A stretch of 64,000 nucleotides of DNA from positions 68,265-132,264 of the forward strand of contig CAMBZJ010000004.1 of the NCBI GenBank assembly GCA_945872365.1, given 5' to 3'. This DNA is from Klebsiella pneumoniae. GTDB taxonomy: Bacteria; Desulfobacterota; Binatia; UBA12015. Below are positions 9,209 through 23,079 of this stretch, piece after piece; within the stretch, counting starts at the first letter, position 1, and each line of letters begins with the position of its first letter. The position numbers and the translations under genes are program-made. The notes under the pieces are model-generated. The model was not told the origin of the DNA, made no database searches, and was given only the letters and a program-made list of their open reading frames with translations.

Positions 9209-11974
9209 ATGTCGAAGCGGATCTCGGAAGTGGCGAAGGAGTGGGGTGTTCCTGCCAAGGACATCCTCGCCAAGCTCGAGCAGTTCGGGATCCAGGGGCG
9301 TCGTGTTCAGAGCGGCATCGCCGACGACGAGGCCGCGCGCGTGCGCGTCGAATTGGGACTGGTGCATGAACCGACCGTATCGGTCGGCGGCGAGCGCGTG
9401 GTCGGCGAGCGCATGGTGACCGAACGCGAAGCCGGAGCCTCGGTGACATCTCGCGAACAGATCGTCGAGGCACGCGTTCGTCCGAACGTCATTCGACGAC
9501 GGACCCAGCGCGTCGATGTCGTGAAGGAGGACGCGCCGCCCGCTCCGGTGGGGGGCGCGGGCGACGGGGCTTTCTTCGGCCTGTCCGAGATGCCGGTCCA
9601 CGGCACGGAGAACGCCGGTTTCACAGGCGACATCGTGGGACTCGAGACGAGTTTCGAGCGCACCGACGACAGCGCGGCGATGGTCGACTTCGGACCCGCG
9701 GTGGTGGTCGAGCGCATCGCGCCGCCGCCGCCTCCACCACCGGCCCCGAGCCGCGTCGGCGAGATCTCTTCCGCGCCGCGTTTCGAGGTCTCGCCGTCGC
9801 CAACCGAGGCTCCGCGACTGGTCAGAACGAGTGCGCTGTCGCGAGCTGCCCTGGCGGCTCCCAGCCTGGACGACGGGATGCGCCGGGTCCAAGTGCTCGG
9901 CAGGATCACCCTGACCAAGCCCGAGCCCCCGCAGCCGCGCCCCCGTCCGGCCGCTCCGAGCGCACCGGGCGCCGCCCCGGCGCCCGGTGGTCCTCCCGGA
10001 GAGACCGCCGAGGAGGCCGCGCGACGCAAGCGCACCGGCAAGAAAGTCATCCGTAAGCCAGGCCAGTTCGACCCGTTCGCAGAGCGCACCTCGCGGCTCG
10101 GCCGCAAGCCCCTCAAGAAGCGCGCGGCCCCCGGTAAGGAGCAGAAGCGCACCGAGATCACCACCCCTTCGGCACGCAAGCGCATCGTGCGCATCAGCGA
10201 GGTCATCACGGTCGGCGAACTCGCCCGCGAGATGGGCCTCAAGGCCGGCGAGGTCATCAAGAAACTGATGGATCTCGGCGTCATGGCCACGATGAACCAC
10301 GTGCTCGACCACGACCACGCGGTGCTCGTCGCCTCCGAGTTCGATTACACGGTCGAGAACGTCGCCTTCGATGCCGAGAAGGAGATCGAAGGAGCGACGG
10401 CCGAAGAGGAACGCGGCGAAAAGGTGCCACGCTACCCGGTCGTGACGGTCATGGGACACGTCGACCACGGAAAGACCTCGCTGCTCGACGCGATCCGGAC
10501 GACCAGCGTCGCGGCGGGTGAGGCGGGCGGCATCACCCAGCACATCGGCGCCTACACCGTCGATGTTCGCGACCGCCGCATCACCTTCCTCGACACCCCG
10601 GGCCACGAGGCCTTCACGTCGATGCGTGCCCGCGGTGCGAGCATCACCGACATCGTCATCCTGGTCGTCGCGGCGGATGACGGCGTGATGCCGCAGACGG
10701 TCGAGGCCATCAACCACGCGCGCGCGGCCGGTGTGCCGATCATCGTCGCGATGAACAAGATCGACCGCCCGGACTCGCAGGCGGAGAAGGTCAAGCAGGC
10801 GTTGTCGGACAATGGGCTCGTGGCCGAGGACTGGGGAGGCGACACGATGGTCGTGCCGGTCTCGGCCAAGACCAAGCAGGGGATCGACCAACTGCTCGAT
10901 ATGGTCCTGCTCCAGGCCGACGTGCTCGAATTGCATGCGCACGCGGCCGCCCGGGCTCGCGGGACGGTCGTCGAGGCCAAACTCGACCGCGGCCGCGGTC
11001 CGGTGGCCACGGTCCTCATTCAGGAAGGCACGCTTCACAACGGCGACCCGTTCGTCGTCGGCCTGCAGTACGGGCGCATCCGCGCCATGCTCGACTCGCA
11101 TGGCGAGAAACTCGAGTCGGCGGGTCCCTCGACACCGGTCGAGATTCTCGGCCTGTCGGGCGTCCCCGACGCCGGCGACCAGTTCGCGTCGGTTGCCGAC
11201 GAGGCGACGGCGCGGCAGGTCGCCGAGCACCGGCGCGAGAAGCAGCGTCAGACCGACCTCTCGAAACCGAGCAAGATCTCGCTCGACGACCTCTATAGGC
11301 AACTCGAGAAGGGTGTGGCGAAGGAACTGCGCGTGGTTCTCAAGACCGACGTGCAGGGCTCGATCGACGCATTGCGCGACGCGCTTGCGCGCCTGTCGAC
11401 CGACGAGGTGCAACTCAATGTGCTGCACGCCTCGGTGGGCGGCGTCACAGAGTCCGACGTCCTGCTCGCATCGGCATCCAACGCGATCATCCTCGGGTTC
11501 AACGTGCGGCCCGAGTCCAAGGCTGCACAACTCGCCGAGCGCGAGGGCGTCGACATCCGGCTGTACACGATCATCTACGACGCCATCAACCAGGTCCGAG
11601 AGGCGCTCGAGGGAATGCTCGCACCGACGATCCGCGAGAAGACCGTCGGGCGCGCGGAGGTCCGCCAGGTATTCGGCGTGAGCGGCGCGGGCGTGATCGC
11701 CGGCTGCCAGGTGACCGACGGCAAGATCCTGCGCGGCGGACTCGCGCGACTGGTGCGCGACCACGCGGTCATCCACACGGGAAAGATCGGCAGCCTGCGC
11801 CGTTTCAAGGACGATGTGCGCGAGGTCCTGTCGGGCTACGAGTGCGGCATCGGCCTTGAATCGTTCAACGACATCAAGCCCGGCGACGTGGTGGAGGTCT
11901 ACGAAACCGAGGAGGTCGCTCGTCGGATGACTCCGCCGGCGCCCAAGGGGCAGTACGCGGAGCGCTACGCCTGA
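9209..11974 (+). CDS. infB: Translation initiation factor IF-2
   Basis: G-domain [31 protein letters not shown]; Pro/Ala-rich N-terminal linker. Confidence 0.97.
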   Translation: MSKRISEVAKEWGVPAKDILAKLEQFGIQGRRVQSGIADDEAARVRVELGLVHEPTVSVGGERVVGERMVTEREAGASVTSREQIVEARVRPNVIRRRTQRVDVVKEDAPPAPVGGAGDGAFFGLSEMPVHGTENAGFTGDIVGLETSFERTDDSAAMVDFGPAVVVERIAPPPPPPPAPSRVGEISSAPRFEVSPSPTEAPRLVRTSALSRAALAAPSLDDGMRRVQVLGRITLTKPEPPQPRPRPAAPSAPGAAPAPGGPPGETAEEAARRKRTGKKVIRKPGQFDPFAERTSRLGRKPLKKRAAPGKEQKRTEITTPSARKRIVRISEVITVGELAREMGLKAGEVIKKLMDLGVMATMNHVLDHDHAVLVASEFDYTVENVAFDAEKEIEGATAEEERGEKVPRYPVVTVMGHVDHGKTSLLDAIRTTSVAAGEAGGITQHIGAYTVDVRDRRITFLDTPGHEAFTSMRARGASITDIVILVVAADDGVMPQTVEAINHARAAGVPIIVAMNKIDRPDSQAEKVKQALSDNGLVAEDWGGDTMVVPVSAKTKQGIDQLLDMVLLQADVLELHAHAAARARGTVVEAKLDRGRGPVATVLIQEGTLHNGDPFVVGLQYGRIRAMLDSHGEKLESAGPSTPVEILGLSGVPDAGDQFASVADEATARQVAEHRREKQRQTDLSKPSKISLDDLYRQLEKGVAKELRVVLKTDVQGSIDALRDALARLSTDEVQLNVLHASVGGVTESDVLLASASNAIILGFNVRPESKAAQLAEREGVDIRLYTIIYDAINQVREALEGMLAPTIREKTVGRAEVRQVFGVSGAGVIAGCQVTDGKILRGGLARLVRDHAVIHTGKIGSLRRFKDDVREVLSGYECGIGLESFNDIKPGDVVEVYETEEVARRMTPPAPKGQYAERYA

Positions 11975-12001
11975 TCCCTCATCCGGGTCGGGGAGTCGCA
12001 T

Positions 12002-12463
12002 TTGACGCGGGGGCGAGGAGAGCGCGGCAGCGGGGGTGAGCCGGTCGGCGGCGAGGCCTCACGTCGCGCCGATCGGGTGGGGCACGAGATCCAGCGTGTT
12101 CTCTCCGAAATGCTGATCCGCCGCAGCAAGGACCCGCGCCTCGTCGACGTGACGATCACGGCGGTTCGACTTGCCCCGGACCTGCGTCTCGCCCGCGTGT
12201 ACTTCACGCTGCTCGACGCGGGAGCCGATCGCAAGGAAGCATTGCGTGCGCTCGAGCACGCAACGCCCTTTCTGCGCCGTGGCGTCGCCCAGGCCGTCTC
12301 GTTGCGCTACATGCCCGACCTCGATTTCCGCTTCGACGAGGGACTTGTGGGGGCGCGGCGCATCGACGAGTTGCTGCGCGGGGTTCACGCGACCACGGCC
12401 GAGACTCCCGCCGAGGCGGTGCCTTCCGGGGGCGACGGGAGCGACGACGGGGGTGACGCCTGA
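12002..12463 (+). CDS. rbfA: Ribosome-binding factor A
   Basis: RVGHEIQRVLSEMLIRRSKDPRL...ITAVRLAPDLRLARVYF. The start is uncertain: TTG at 12002 gives a 24-aa Gly/Arg extension; GTG at ~12098 is an alternative. Confidence 0.8.
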   Translation: MTRGRGERGSGGEPVGGEASRRADRVGHEIQRVLSEMLIRRSKDPRLVDVTITAVRLAPDLRLARVYFTLLDAGADRKEALRALEHATPFLRRGVAQAVSLRYMPDLDFRFDEGLVGARRIDELLRGVHATTAETPAEAVPSGGDGSDDGGDA

Positions 12464-13368
12464 ACGCCGGGGGCATCCTCCTCGTCGACAAGCCCGAGGG
12501 ACCCACCTCCGCCGAAGTCGTCCGTGTCCTGAAGCGCCGCTTTCGCCCGGAATCGATCGGGCATCTCGGAACGCTCGACCCGATGGCGACCGGACTCCTC
12601 CCGCTGTGCATCGACGACGGAACCAAAATCGCCCAATTCCTCGCCGCCGAGCGCAAGAGCTACCGCGGCCGGATCCGGCTCGGACGGTCGACGGATACCC
12701 TCGACCGTACCGGCAGGACTACCGGTGAAGCCCGGGTGCCGGTCTTCACGCCGGACGAGCTGGCCGGCGTTGCGAATCGCCTTCTCGGGAAGAGTCGACA
12801 GCGTCCGCCGATGTACTCGGCGGTCAAGCAGGATGGCCAGGAGCTCTACAAGCTGGCTCGCCGGGGAATCGAGGTCGAGCGAGAAGAGCGCCCGATCGAG
12901 ATTCTCGCCCTTTCGCTGGCGATCGTTCCGGGGGACGCCGAGGCCGTCGATTTCACCGTCGACTGTTCGAAGGGCACCTACGTGCGGGTGCTCGCAGAGG
13001 AGATCGCCGCCCGCCTGGGCACGTTGGGCTGCCTCGAGTCTCTGCGGCGCACGAGCTTCGGCAGCTTTTCGGTCGAGGATGCCCGTCCGCTCGCGGCGCT
13101 GCTCGAGGTGGAAGCGTTGCCACTGATCGAGCCACGGGTGGCTCTCCGCCCGATCCGGGAGATCGAGATCGATCGCGGCCTCGCCTTTTCGGTCGCGGCA
13201 GGACAGCGCGACGCGATGGGCCGTGTTGACCCGCCGCGACCCGGAGATCACCTGGGGGCGCTCATCGCACCCGGTGGTCGCCTCCTGGCAGTGGTCGAGG
13301 TCGACGCGGAGAGTTGGACCCTGCGCCGGGTCCTTGACCCGGAGGCGACTCGCCTTTACAGGGCCTGA
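12460..13368 (+). CDS. truB: tRNA pseudouridine(55) synthase TruB; no canonical start codon
   Basis: GILLVDKPEGPTSAEVV...GHLGTLDPMATGLLP, including the catalytic Asp in GTLDP. These essential residues are encoded at 12469-12590, upstream of the first ATG (12583). The frame opens after TGA 12454-56, and the only candidate starts are CTG at 12460 or ATC at 12475. Confidence 0.8.
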   Translation: MNAGGILLVDKPEGPTSAEVVRVLKRRFRPESIGHLGTLDPMATGLLPLCIDDGTKIAQFLAAERKSYRGRIRLGRSTDTLDRTGRTTGEARVPVFTPDELAGVANRLLGKSRQRPPMYSAVKQDGQELYKLARRGIEVEREERPIEILALSLAIVPGDAEAVDFTVDCSKGTYVRVLAEEIAARLGTLGCLESLRRTSFGSFSVEDARPLAALLEVEALPLIEPRVALRPIREIEIDRGLAFSVAAGQRDAMGRVDPPRPGDHLGALIAPGGRLLAVVEVDAESWTLRRVLDPEATRLYRA

Positions 13369-13413
13369 CCGGCCTGTTAGCTAGGCGGGCAATAGACGTA
13401 TGGAGGAAAGACA

Positions 13414-13683
13414 GTGGCGTTAGCCTCGGCGCGCAAGGCGGAAGTCGTCGGCGACTACCGGCTGCACGAAAAAGACACGGGCTCTTCGGAGGTGCAGGTC
13501 GCTCTACTGAGCGAGCGTATCGGTCAGCTGACCGAGCACTTCAAGATGCACGTGAAGGACCACCACTCCCAGAGGGGGCTGATCAAGCTCGTCGGTCAAC
13601 GGCGACGTCTGCTCGACTACCTGAAGAGAGAGGACCCGGCGCGTTACAAGCAGGTCATCGACCGGCTCGGACTGCGCAAGTAG
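13414..13683 (+). CDS. rpsO: 30S ribosomal protein S15
   Basis: Full-length 89-aa S15 ([11 protein letters not shown]...). Confidence 0.95.
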   Translation: MALASARKAEVVGDYRLHEKDTGSSEVQVALLSERIGQLTEHFKMHVKDHHSQRGLIKLVGQRRRLLDYLKREDPARYKQVIDRLGLRK

Positions 13684-13750
13684 CGTCCCTCCCACTGCCG
13701 AACTCCCTTGCGCCGCGCGGCATGATGGCTTCGCGCGGCAGGAGAAGTCC

Positions 13751-15847
<2,097 letters not shown>

Positions 15848-15869
15848 GCCGTCGCGCTCTCCGCGTTTC

Positions 15870-17162
15870 GTGGCGACACCCGCAAGCACCGGCAGAGTCG
15901 GCGGCGTTCGGCGCACCGTGCTGCCCAACGGCTTGCGGGTGTTGACCGAGTCCGTTCCCCAGTTCGTCTCGACCTCCGTCGGAATCTGGGTCGAGAACGG
16001 TTCGCGCTACGAGGACCCATCACAGAACGGTATCTCGCACTTCCTGGAGCACCTGTTCTTCAAGGGCACCCGGCGCCGCACGGCCAAGCAGATCGCCGAG
16101 GAGATCGACGCGGTCGGCGGCGTGCTCAATGCCTTCACCGGCAAGGAGTACACCTGCTACTACGCGAAGGTGCTGCGGGAGGACCTTCCGCTCGCCCTCG
16201 ACGTCCTTTCGGACATCTTTCTCGAGTCGAATTTCGACCCGGAGGAGATCGACCGGGAGCGCACGGTGATCCTCCAAGAGATCTCGGAGATCGAGGACAC
16301 GCCCGACGACTACGTCCACGACCTTTTCAGCCGGCGCTTCTGGCCGGGGCATCCGCTTTCCTACCCCATCTGCGGTACCGCGGAGACGGTCGGCGCGATG
16401 CGGCGCGAGGACTTTCTCGAATTCATCTCGCGTCAGTATCGCCCCGATCGAATCGTCATCGCGGCGGCCGGAGGCGTCGACCACGACTGGCTCGTCGACC
16501 GGATCGCGACCAGCTTCGGCGGGCTCGCGGGGGCGACGGCGGCGCCGATCTATACGGTACCGGAGGTTCAGCCCGGACTCGCGGTCTTCGAGAAGGACCT
16601 CGAACAGGTCCACATGAACCTCGGGCTTCCCGGGATCTCCCACGACGATCCGCGTCGCTATGCGGCCTACGTCCTCAACACGGCGCTCGGCGGCGGAATG
16701 AGTTCACGGCTCTTCCAAGAGGTCCGCGAGAAGCGCGGCAAGGCTTACTCGATCGCTTCGTTCCTGAGTTCCTACGTCGGTGCGGGCTACCTCGCCGTCT
16801 ACGCCGGCCTCGCCGCGCCCTGCGTCGCGGAGGTGCTCGAGGTGATCGTACGCGAGTTCGCGACCTTGCGGGCCGACGGCCTCGCCGATGACGAGTTGGC
16901 CAGGGCCAAGAGCCAGATCAAGGGCAACATGCTGCTCGCACTCGAAAGCAGCGAGAGTCGCATGGGCCGGATCGCAAAGAACGAGATCTACTTTGGGCAT
17001 GATATTGCGCCCGAGGAGGTCGCCGCCGAAATCGATGCGGTCGGATCCGCAGACGTGCTCGCGATCGCGCGTGACCTCTTCCGTGCCGATCAGGTCGGCG
17101 TCGCACTGCTCGGCAAGCTGGGCGAACACGCGGTGGACGAGTCGGTCTTGCGCTTTTCCTGA
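15870..17162 (+). CDS. M16-family zinc peptidase (pitrilysin-like)
   Basis: HFLEHLFFKGT inverted zincin motif (HxxEH). Confidence 0.85.
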   Translation: MATPASTGRVGGVRRTVLPNGLRVLTESVPQFVSTSVGIWVENGSRYEDPSQNGISHFLEHLFFKGTRRRTAKQIAEEIDAVGGVLNAFTGKEYTCYYAKVLREDLPLALDVLSDIFLESNFDPEEIDRERTVILQEISEIEDTPDDYVHDLFSRRFWPGHPLSYPICGTAETVGAMRREDFLEFISRQYRPDRIVIAAAGGVDHDWLVDRIATSFGGLAGATAAPIYTVPEVQPGLAVFEKDLEQVHMNLGLPGISHDDPRRYAAYVLNTALGGGMSSRLFQEVREKRGKAYSIASFLSSYVGAGYLAVYAGLAAPCVAEVLEVIVREFATLRADGLADDELARAKSQIKGNMLLALESSESRMGRIAKNEIYFGHDIAPEEVAAEIDAVGSADVLAIARDLFRADQVGVALLGKLGEHAVDESVLRFS

Positions 17163-17180
17163 TCCGGGAGGCGAGTTTCG

Positions 17181-17693
17181 ATGGCGGAGTCGCGCGAAGC
17201 CGTGCCCATCGCGATCTGGCGGGTCTCGGGGTCGCGCGCGCCCTTGCCGCGCTACATGACCGAGGGAGCATCGGGCTGCGACCTCGCCGCCGCGATCGAT
17301 GAGGAGATCGTGCTCGAGCCACTGGGTCGAGCGCTGGTGCCGACCGGCCTTGCGATCGCGTTGCCCGACGGCTTCGAGGCGCAGGTGCGGCCGCGTAGCG
17401 GGCTTGCCGTGCGCGAGGGCATCACGGTGCTGAACGCACCCGGGACGATCGACGCCGACTACCGCGGCGAGATCAAGGTCGTGCTGGTGAACCTCGGCTC
17501 CGAGAGACGTCGCATCGAGCCGGGCGAGCGGATCGCACAGCTCGTCGTCGCCCGCGTCGCCCGTGCCGACTGGCGCAGCGTGGAGCCGGGCAGCGAAGAG
17601 CAGGAGGCGCTGGCGGGTGGTCGCGCCGTGACGGCGCGGGGACCGGGGGGTTTCGGACACACCGGGCGCGGGGGCGCCGGGGAGGGGACATGA
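17181..17693 (+). CDS. dut: dUTP diphosphatase
   Basis: ASGCDLAA...[27 protein letters not shown] motifs; ~20-aa Gly-rich C-terminal extension; 4-nt overlap with purB. Confidence 0.9.
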   Translation: MAESREAVPIAIWRVSGSRAPLPRYMTEGASGCDLAAAIDEEIVLEPLGRALVPTGLAIALPDGFEAQVRPRSGLAVREGITVLNAPGTIDADYRGEIKVVLVNLGSERRRIEPGERIAQLVVARVARADWRSVEPGSEEQEALAGGRAVTARGPGGFGHTGRGGAGEGT

Positions 17694-19024
17694 TCGGGCG
17701 GTACACGAGACCGGAGATGGCGGCGATCTGGAGCGACGAGCGTCGCCTCGACACCTGGCTGGAGATCGAAATCGCCGTCTGCGAGGCGCTCGCACGTCGC
17801 GGCGATGTGCCGGCCGAGGCGGCAAGGGACATCCGGATGAAGGCGAAAGTCGACCCAGCGCGCGTCGCCGAGATCGAGGCCGAAGTGAAGCACGACGTGA
17901 TCGCTTTCGTCACCGCGGCGGCCGAGAGCGTCGGCCCGTCGGGTCGCTGGCTCCATCTCGGGCTCACGTCCTCCGACGTGATCGACACGGCGTTCGCGGT
18001 CCAACTCTGCGCGGCCGGCCACCTCTTGCTGCGCGACGTCGTGGCGCTGCTCGAGCCCATCCGCAAGCTCGCCGCGGAACATGTGCTGACGCCGATGATC
18101 GGCCGAACCCACGGCGTCCACGCCGAGCCCATCACGTTCGGACTGAAGGCGGCGAGTTGGTATGCCGAGTTCACGCGGGCCTTCGACCGGCTGGAGGTGG
18201 CGACCCGCGAGGTCGCGACCGGCAAGCTCTCGGGCGCCGTCGGCACCTACGGCCACATCGCGCCTGACGTCGAGAAGGAAGTCCTCGCCACTCTCGGACT
18301 GCAGCCCGAGCCGGTGGCGACCCAGGTCGTACCGCGCGATCGACACGCAGCCTTCTTCTCGGCGCTGGCGCTCGTCGCCTGCTCGGTCGAGCGCGTCGCG
18401 ACCGAATTGCGCCATCTCCAGCGCACGGAAGTGCTCGAGGCCGAGGAGCCGTTCGCCCGGGGCCAGAAGGGTTCTTCGGCGATGCCGCACAAGCGCAATC
18501 CCTGGATGGCGGAGAACCTCTGCGGTCTCGCGCGCCTGGTGCGCGGTTACGCGACGAGCGCGCTCGAGAACGTCGCCCTCTGGCACGAGCGCGACATCAG
18601 CCACTCCTCGGTCGAGCGCGTGATCGGGCCCGACGCCTGTCTCGCCCTCGACTTCATGCTGGCGCGGCTCGCGGGCATCCTCTCGGGGCTCGTTGTCTAT
18701 CCCGATCGGATGGCGGCCAATGCCGCGCAGTCGGGCGATCTCGTCTTCTCGGAGACGGTCCTGCTGGCTCTCGTCTATGCCGGGGTGCCGCGCGAGGAGG
18801 GCTATCGCTGGGTCCAGCGGGCGGCCTTCGCGGCGCGCGACGGCAAGGGTAGCTTCCGCGAGCTGGCGGCGGCCGATCGCGACATCTCGCGCGTCCTGCC
18901 GCCCGCGCGAATCACCGAGCTCTTCGATCCGGAGCGCCACGGTCGCCATGCCCGGGAGATCGTCGACCGGGCACTTGCGGTGCGCCCGGCTCTGCCGCCT
19001 GCACCGTGGCCCGGGGCTCGTTAA
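17690..19024 (+). CDS. purB: Adenylosuccinate lyase
   Basis: [16 protein letters not shown]...[11 protein letters not shown] signature. Confidence 0.95.
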   Translation: MIGRYTRPEMAAIWSDERRLDTWLEIEIAVCEALARRGDVPAEAARDIRMKAKVDPARVAEIEAEVKHDVIAFVTAAAESVGPSGRWLHLGLTSSDVIDTAFAVQLCAAGHLLLRDVVALLEPIRKLAAEHVLTPMIGRTHGVHAEPITFGLKAASWYAEFTRAFDRLEVATREVATGKLSGAVGTYGHIAPDVEKEVLATLGLQPEPVATQVVPRDRHAAFFSALALVACSVERVATELRHLQRTEVLEAEEPFARGQKGSSAMPHKRNPWMAENLCGLARLVRGYATSALENVALWHERDISHSSVERVIGPDACLALDFMLARLAGILSGLVVYPDRMAANAAQSGDLVFSETVLLALVYAGVPREEGYRWVQRAAFAARDGKGSFRELAAADRDISRVLPPARITELFDPERHGRHAREIVDRALAVRPALPPAPWPGAR

Positions 19025-19087
19025 GGAATGCATGCCGGCCCGCGGCCCGATCGCGCCGCGGCTTCCCGGACCGAGGGGGAAGGACCC

Positions 19088-19795
19088 ATGGAGAAGCGGG
19101 AGAAACTTTACGAAGGCAAGGCGAAGCAGGTCTGGTCGACCGACGACCCGGACCTCGTCGTCCAGTACTTCAAGGACGACGCGACCGCCTTCAACGCGCA
19201 GAAGAAGGGTACGATCGCCGCCAAGGGCGTCGTCAACAACGCGATCTCCGAGGTTCTCTTCAAGCACCTGGAGAAGCGGGGCGTGAAGACCCATCTCGTC
19301 GAGCGTCTGTCCGAGCGCGAGATGCTCGTGAAGAAGCTGCAGATCGTCCCGGTCGAGCTCGTCGTGCGCAACATCGTCGCCGGCAGCATGGCCAAGCGCC
19401 TCGGCCTCGAGGAGGGCGCAGACCTCCCGTCTCCGATCGTCGAGCTCTTCTACAAGGACGATGCGCTCGGCGACCCCATGATCAACGAGTGGCACGTGAC
19501 GGTGCTGAAGATGGCCACCCGGGCCGAGATCGACCACATGACCGAACAGGGGCTGCGGATCAACGAGCTTCTGCGCGCCTTCTTCCTCGAGCGCGGGATC
19601 CTGCTGGTCGACTTCAAGCTCGAGTTCGGCCGTACCGCGTCGGGCGAGATCCTGCTCGGCGACGAGATCTGCCCGGACACCTGCCGCTTCTGGGACGCCA
19701 AGACGCGCGAGAAACTCGACAAGGACCGATTCCGGCGCGACCTGGGCGGGGTGGAGGAGGCCTACCAGGAAGTGTATAGGCGCGTCGTAACGTGA
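19088..19795 (+). CDS. purC: Phosphoribosylaminoimidazole-succinocarboxamide synthase (SAICAR synthetase)
   Basis: MEKREKLYEGKAKQVWSTDDPD...; internal ATG 19088 chosen over the track start 19028. Confidence 0.9.
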   Translation: MEKREKLYEGKAKQVWSTDDPDLVVQYFKDDATAFNAQKKGTIAAKGVVNNAISEVLFKHLEKRGVKTHLVERLSEREMLVKKLQIVPVELVVRNIVAGSMAKRLGLEEGADLPSPIVELFYKDDALGDPMINEWHVTVLKMATRAEIDHMTEQGLRINELLRAFFLERGILLVDFKLEFGRTASGEILLGDEICPDTCRFWDAKTREKLDKDRFRRDLGGVEEAYQEVYRRVVT

Positions 19796-20073
19796 TCGCG
19801 CGCGTCGTCATCATGCCGAAGCGGGGCGTCCTCGATCCTCAGGGCAAGGCCATCTGCTCGTCCCTGCACGCGATGGGCTATCCGGAGGTCGATGACGTCC
19901 GCATGGGCAAGTTCCTCGAGCTGACGCTCGGCGACGGTGCCGCGGCAGGCGATCGCGCCCAACGGGTGAAGTCGATGTGTGAGCGCCTGCTCGCCAACGG
20001 CGTGATCGAGGACTTCCACGTCGAGATCGTCGACGGGGACGTCGCCGTCGATCAGGCGGGCGGCTCGCGGTGA
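19792..20073 (+). CDS. purS: FGAM synthase PurS subunit
   Basis: ~90-aa protein; MPKRGVLDPQGKA motif; ATGA coupling to purC and purQ. Confidence 0.85.
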   Translation: MIARVVIMPKRGVLDPQGKAICSSLHAMGYPEVDDVRMGKFLELTLGDGAAAGDRAQRVKSMCERLLANGVIEDFHVEIVDGDVAVDQAGGSR

Positions 20074-20837
20074 AGTGGGGGGTGGTGACGTTTCCCGGCT
20101 CGAATGACGACCGGGATACCGTCCATGTCCTCCAAGGCGTCCTCGGCCAGGAGACCGTCGCGCTGTGGCACAAGAGCGCCGACCTGCGCGGGGTCGACTG
20201 CGTCGTCCTGCCGGGCGGCTTCTCCTACGGCGACTACCTGCGCTGCGGGGCGATCGCGCGGTTCTCGCCGATCATGGGGGCGATCGCGGAGCACGCCGAG
20301 AGCGGCGGCTTGGTTCTCGGTATCTGCAACGGCTTCCAGGTACTCTGCGAGGCGGGACTTCTGCCCGGCGCGCTGGTGCGCAATCGCGGGCTGCGCTTCG
20401 TCTGTCGCGACGTGACGCTGCGGGTCGAGAACATCTCGAATCCATTCATGAACCTGGCGTTCGGCGGCGACGTCTGGCGGATCCCGGTCAAGCACGGCGA
20501 AGGCTGCTACGTCGCCGACGATGCGACTCTCGACCGGATGGAGCGCGAGGGCCGGATCCTGGTGCGCTACTGCCGTCCCGACGGTACGCGGGAACGCGAT
20601 GCGGCCGCCGACCGGAGCGCCTACAACCCCAACGGCTCGGTCCGCGATGTAGCTGGGGTGATGAACGAAGGCCGCAACGTGTTCGGGCTCATGCCGCATC
20701 CCGAGCATGCGGCGGATCCCGCTGTGCTTGCGGTCGAGGGGGCCCGGCGAAGCGCCGACGGCATGCGTATCTTCCAGTCGATCGCCCACTGGGTGTCCGC
20801 GGCGCGCGAGCGAGCGCGTGCGGGATCGATGCGCTGA
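20070..20837 (+). CDS. purQ: FGAM synthase glutamine amidotransferase subunit PurQ
   Basis: [11 protein letters not shown]...GGFSYGDYL...GICNGFQ... catalytic Cys in GICNG. Confidence 0.92.
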   Translation: MKWGVVTFPGSNDDRDTVHVLQGVLGQETVALWHKSADLRGVDCVVLPGGFSYGDYLRCGAIARFSPIMGAIAEHAESGGLVLGICNGFQVLCEAGLLPGALVRNRGLRFVCRDVTLRVENISNPFMNLAFGGDVWRIPVKHGEGCYVADDATLDRMEREGRILVRYCRPDGTRERDAAADRSAYNPNGSVRDVAGVMNEGRNVFGLMPHPEHAADPAVLAVEGARRSADGMRIFQSIAHWVSAARERARAGSMR

Positions 20838-20838
20838 C

Positions 20839-23079
20839 GTGGGCAAGCCACCATCCGACCAGCGGCCGCCCGTCACGCCGGAACTCGCACGCGAGCACGG
20901 ACTGACCACCGAAGAGTGGATTCGGCTCACCGGGCGGCTCGGCCGTGTGCCGACCTACGAGGAGCTCGGCGTCGCCGCGGTCATGTGGTCCGAGCACTGC
21001 AGCTACAAGAGCTCGCTTTTCCATCTCCGTCGGCTTCCCACGGAGGGCGAGCGCGTCGTCCAAGGACCGGGCGAGAACGCCGGCGCCGTCTCGATCGGCG
21101 GCGGGCTTGCCGTCGTCTTCAAGATCGAGAGCCACAACCACCCGTCGTACATCGAGCCCTACCAGGGCGCGGCGACCGGCGTGGGAGGCATCCTGCGCGA
21201 CATCTTCACGATGGGTGCACGGCCGATCGCGTCGCTGAACTCGCTGCGCTTCGGCGACTTTGCCCATCCCAGGACACGCAGCCTGGTGCGCGGCGTGGTC
21301 GCGGGCATCGGCGGTTACGGCAATTCGATCGGGGTCCCGACCGTCGGCGGCGAGGTCTACTTCGACCACGGTTACGACGGCAACTGCCTGGTGAACGCCT
21401 TTACGCTCGGTGTCGTCGAGGAGGCGAAACTCATGCTCGCCAAGGCGAGCGGCGTCGGCAACCCGGTCCTGCTGATCGGGTCCCGCACCGGGCGCGACGG
21501 TATCCACGGCGCGAGCCTGCTCGCGTCGGCGGAGTTCGACGCGACCAGCGAGGAGAAGCGGCCGACCGTGCAGGTGGGCGACCCCTTCACCGAGAAGCTC
21601 CTGCTCGAGGCGACGCTCGAGATTCAGGCCGCCGACCTGGCCGTAGCCGTGCAGGACCTCGGTGCGGCCGGTCTCACGAGTTCGAGCGTCGAGATGGCTT
21701 CGCGCGGCGGACTCGGCATCGACCTCGACCTCGACCACGTGCCGCTGCGCGAGACGGGCATGACGGCCTACGAGATCATGCTGTCGGAGTCACAGGAGCG
21801 CATGCTGATCGTGGCCGAACCGGCCCGCGTGGCGGACATCCAGGCGGTGTGCCGCAAGTGGGACCTGGAGGCCGCCGTCGTCGGACGCCTGACCGACGAC
21901 GGCATCTACCGGGTCCGCCACCGTGGCGAAGAGGTCATCGCGGTGCCGGTCGACCTGCTCGCGGAACCGCCGGCCCTCGAGCGACCGATCGCGGAACCAG
22001 CCGAGACCGCCGGGGAGGTAAGCCCGGAGGTGTTCCCGGAGCCCGCCGACTACGACCGGGTGCTGCGCCAACTGGTCACGTCCCCGAACCTCTGCTCGCG
22101 CAACTGGATCTGGGATCAATACGACCACTTCGTCGGAGGTGGTACACTCGTCCACCCGGGTGGCGACGCTGCGGTCGTCCAGGTGCCCGGTAGACAGGCG
22201 AAGATCGCGATGACCGTCGACTGCAATTCGCGCTACTGCGCGCTCGATCCCTACGTCGGCGCGAGCATTGCGATCTGCGAGGCGGCCCGCAACCTGGTCG
22301 CAACCGGGGCGGAACCGATCGGGGTTTCGGATTGTCTCAATTTCGGCAATCCGGAGCGTCCGGAAATCATGTGGCAGTTCGAGCAGGCGGTGAACGGGAT
22401 CCGCGATGCCTGCGCGGCCTTCCATCTGCCGGTCGTCAGCGGCAACGTGAGCTTTTACAACGAGACCGAGGGCCGGGCGATCCCGCCGACGCCGACGATC
22501 GCGATGGTCGGGCTGGTCCGAGCGGCGCAGCCTCTCACGTCGTGGTTCAAGGTGGCGGGAGACGAGATCTTCCTCCTCGGCAGTTCGCGCGAGGAACTCG
22601 CCGGCAGCGAGTTCGCGGCCCTGGTGCACGGTCGGCGCGGCGGAGCGCCGCCTTGGGTGGATTTTCGCGCCGAACTTGCGCTTCACGAGACGATTCTGCG
22701 TGCGGCTGACCGCGGGCTCCTGGCTTCCTGCCACGATGTTTCCGAGGGTGGGCTCGCGATGGCAGTCGTCGAGGCTTGCTGCTCGATACCCGACGGGCTT
22801 CCGATGCACGGAGCGCGGATCCGGCTCTCCGAGGGAATGCGTCCCGACGCCTTCCTCTTCGGCGAAAGCCAAGGGCGGATGCTGGTAAGCGTGCGGCGCG
22901 AGAGCGCGCCCGCTCTGCGCGAACTCGCGTCCTCGACCAAGGTGCCGATCGCCGCGCTCGGCGAGGTCGGCGGCGCGACGCTCGACTTCGACGACCTCGT
23001 CTCGATCCGGATCCGCGAACTCGCCGAACTCTGGCGCGGGGCCCTCGGCCTACTCGTCGACGCCGGAGACAGCCGGTGA
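20839..23079 (+). CDS. purL: FGAM synthase large subunit PurL
   Basis: GTG start right after the purQ stop; [11 protein letters not shown]...[12 protein letters not shown]...ESHNHPS. Confidence 0.92.
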   Translation: MGKPPSDQRPPVTPELAREHGLTTEEWIRLTGRLGRVPTYEELGVAAVMWSEHCSYKSSLFHLRRLPTEGERVVQGPGENAGAVSIGGGLAVVFKIESHNHPSYIEPYQGAATGVGGILRDIFTMGARPIASLNSLRFGDFAHPRTRSLVRGVVAGIGGYGNSIGVPTVGGEVYFDHGYDGNCLVNAFTLGVVEEAKLMLAKASGVGNPVLLIGSRTGRDGIHGASLLASAEFDATSEEKRPTVQVGDPFTEKLLLEATLEIQAADLAVAVQDLGAAGLTSSSVEMASRGGLGIDLDLDHVPLRETGMTAYEIMLSESQERMLIVAEPARVADIQAVCRKWDLEAAVVGRLTDDGIYRVRHRGEEVIAVPVDLLAEPPALERPIAEPAETAGEVSPEVFPEPADYDRVLRQLVTSPNLCSRNWIWDQYDHFVGGGTLVHPGGDAAVVQVPGRQAKIAMTVDCNSRYCALDPYVGASIAICEAARNLVATGAEPIGVSDCLNFGNPERPEIMWQFEQAVNGIRDACAAFHLPVVSGNVSFYNETEGRAIPPTPTIAMVGLVRAAQPLTSWFKVAGDEIFLLGSSREELAGSEFAALVHGRRGGAPPWVDFRAELALHETILRAADRGLLASCHDVSEGGLAMAVVEACCSIPDGLPMHGARIRLSEGMRPDAFLFGESQGRMLVSVRRESAPALRELASSTKVPIAALGEVGGATLDFDDLVSIRIRELAELWRGALGLLVDAGDSR

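Noticed and set aside
9044-12001. 985-aa minus-strand ORF antisense to infB. Similar giant antisense ORFs occur at 31063..34050 (minus), 4797..6620 (minus), 17459..19537 (minus), 27907..30804 (minus), 4949..7054 (plus) and 41085..42728 (minus).
   Set aside because: The translations are Arg/Ala/Gly/Pro-rich low-complexity strings typical of stop-codon-poor antisense frames in ~70% GC DNA. Each lies opposite a gene with strong family motifs.
13700-13745. Hairpin CCGCGCGGCATGATGGCTTCGCGCGG in the rpsO-pnp spacer as a terminator
   Set aside because: There is no U tract. It more likely corresponds to the conserved rpsO-pnp processing/attenuation stem known from other bacteria. Noted but not listed as a feature because no data support it here.
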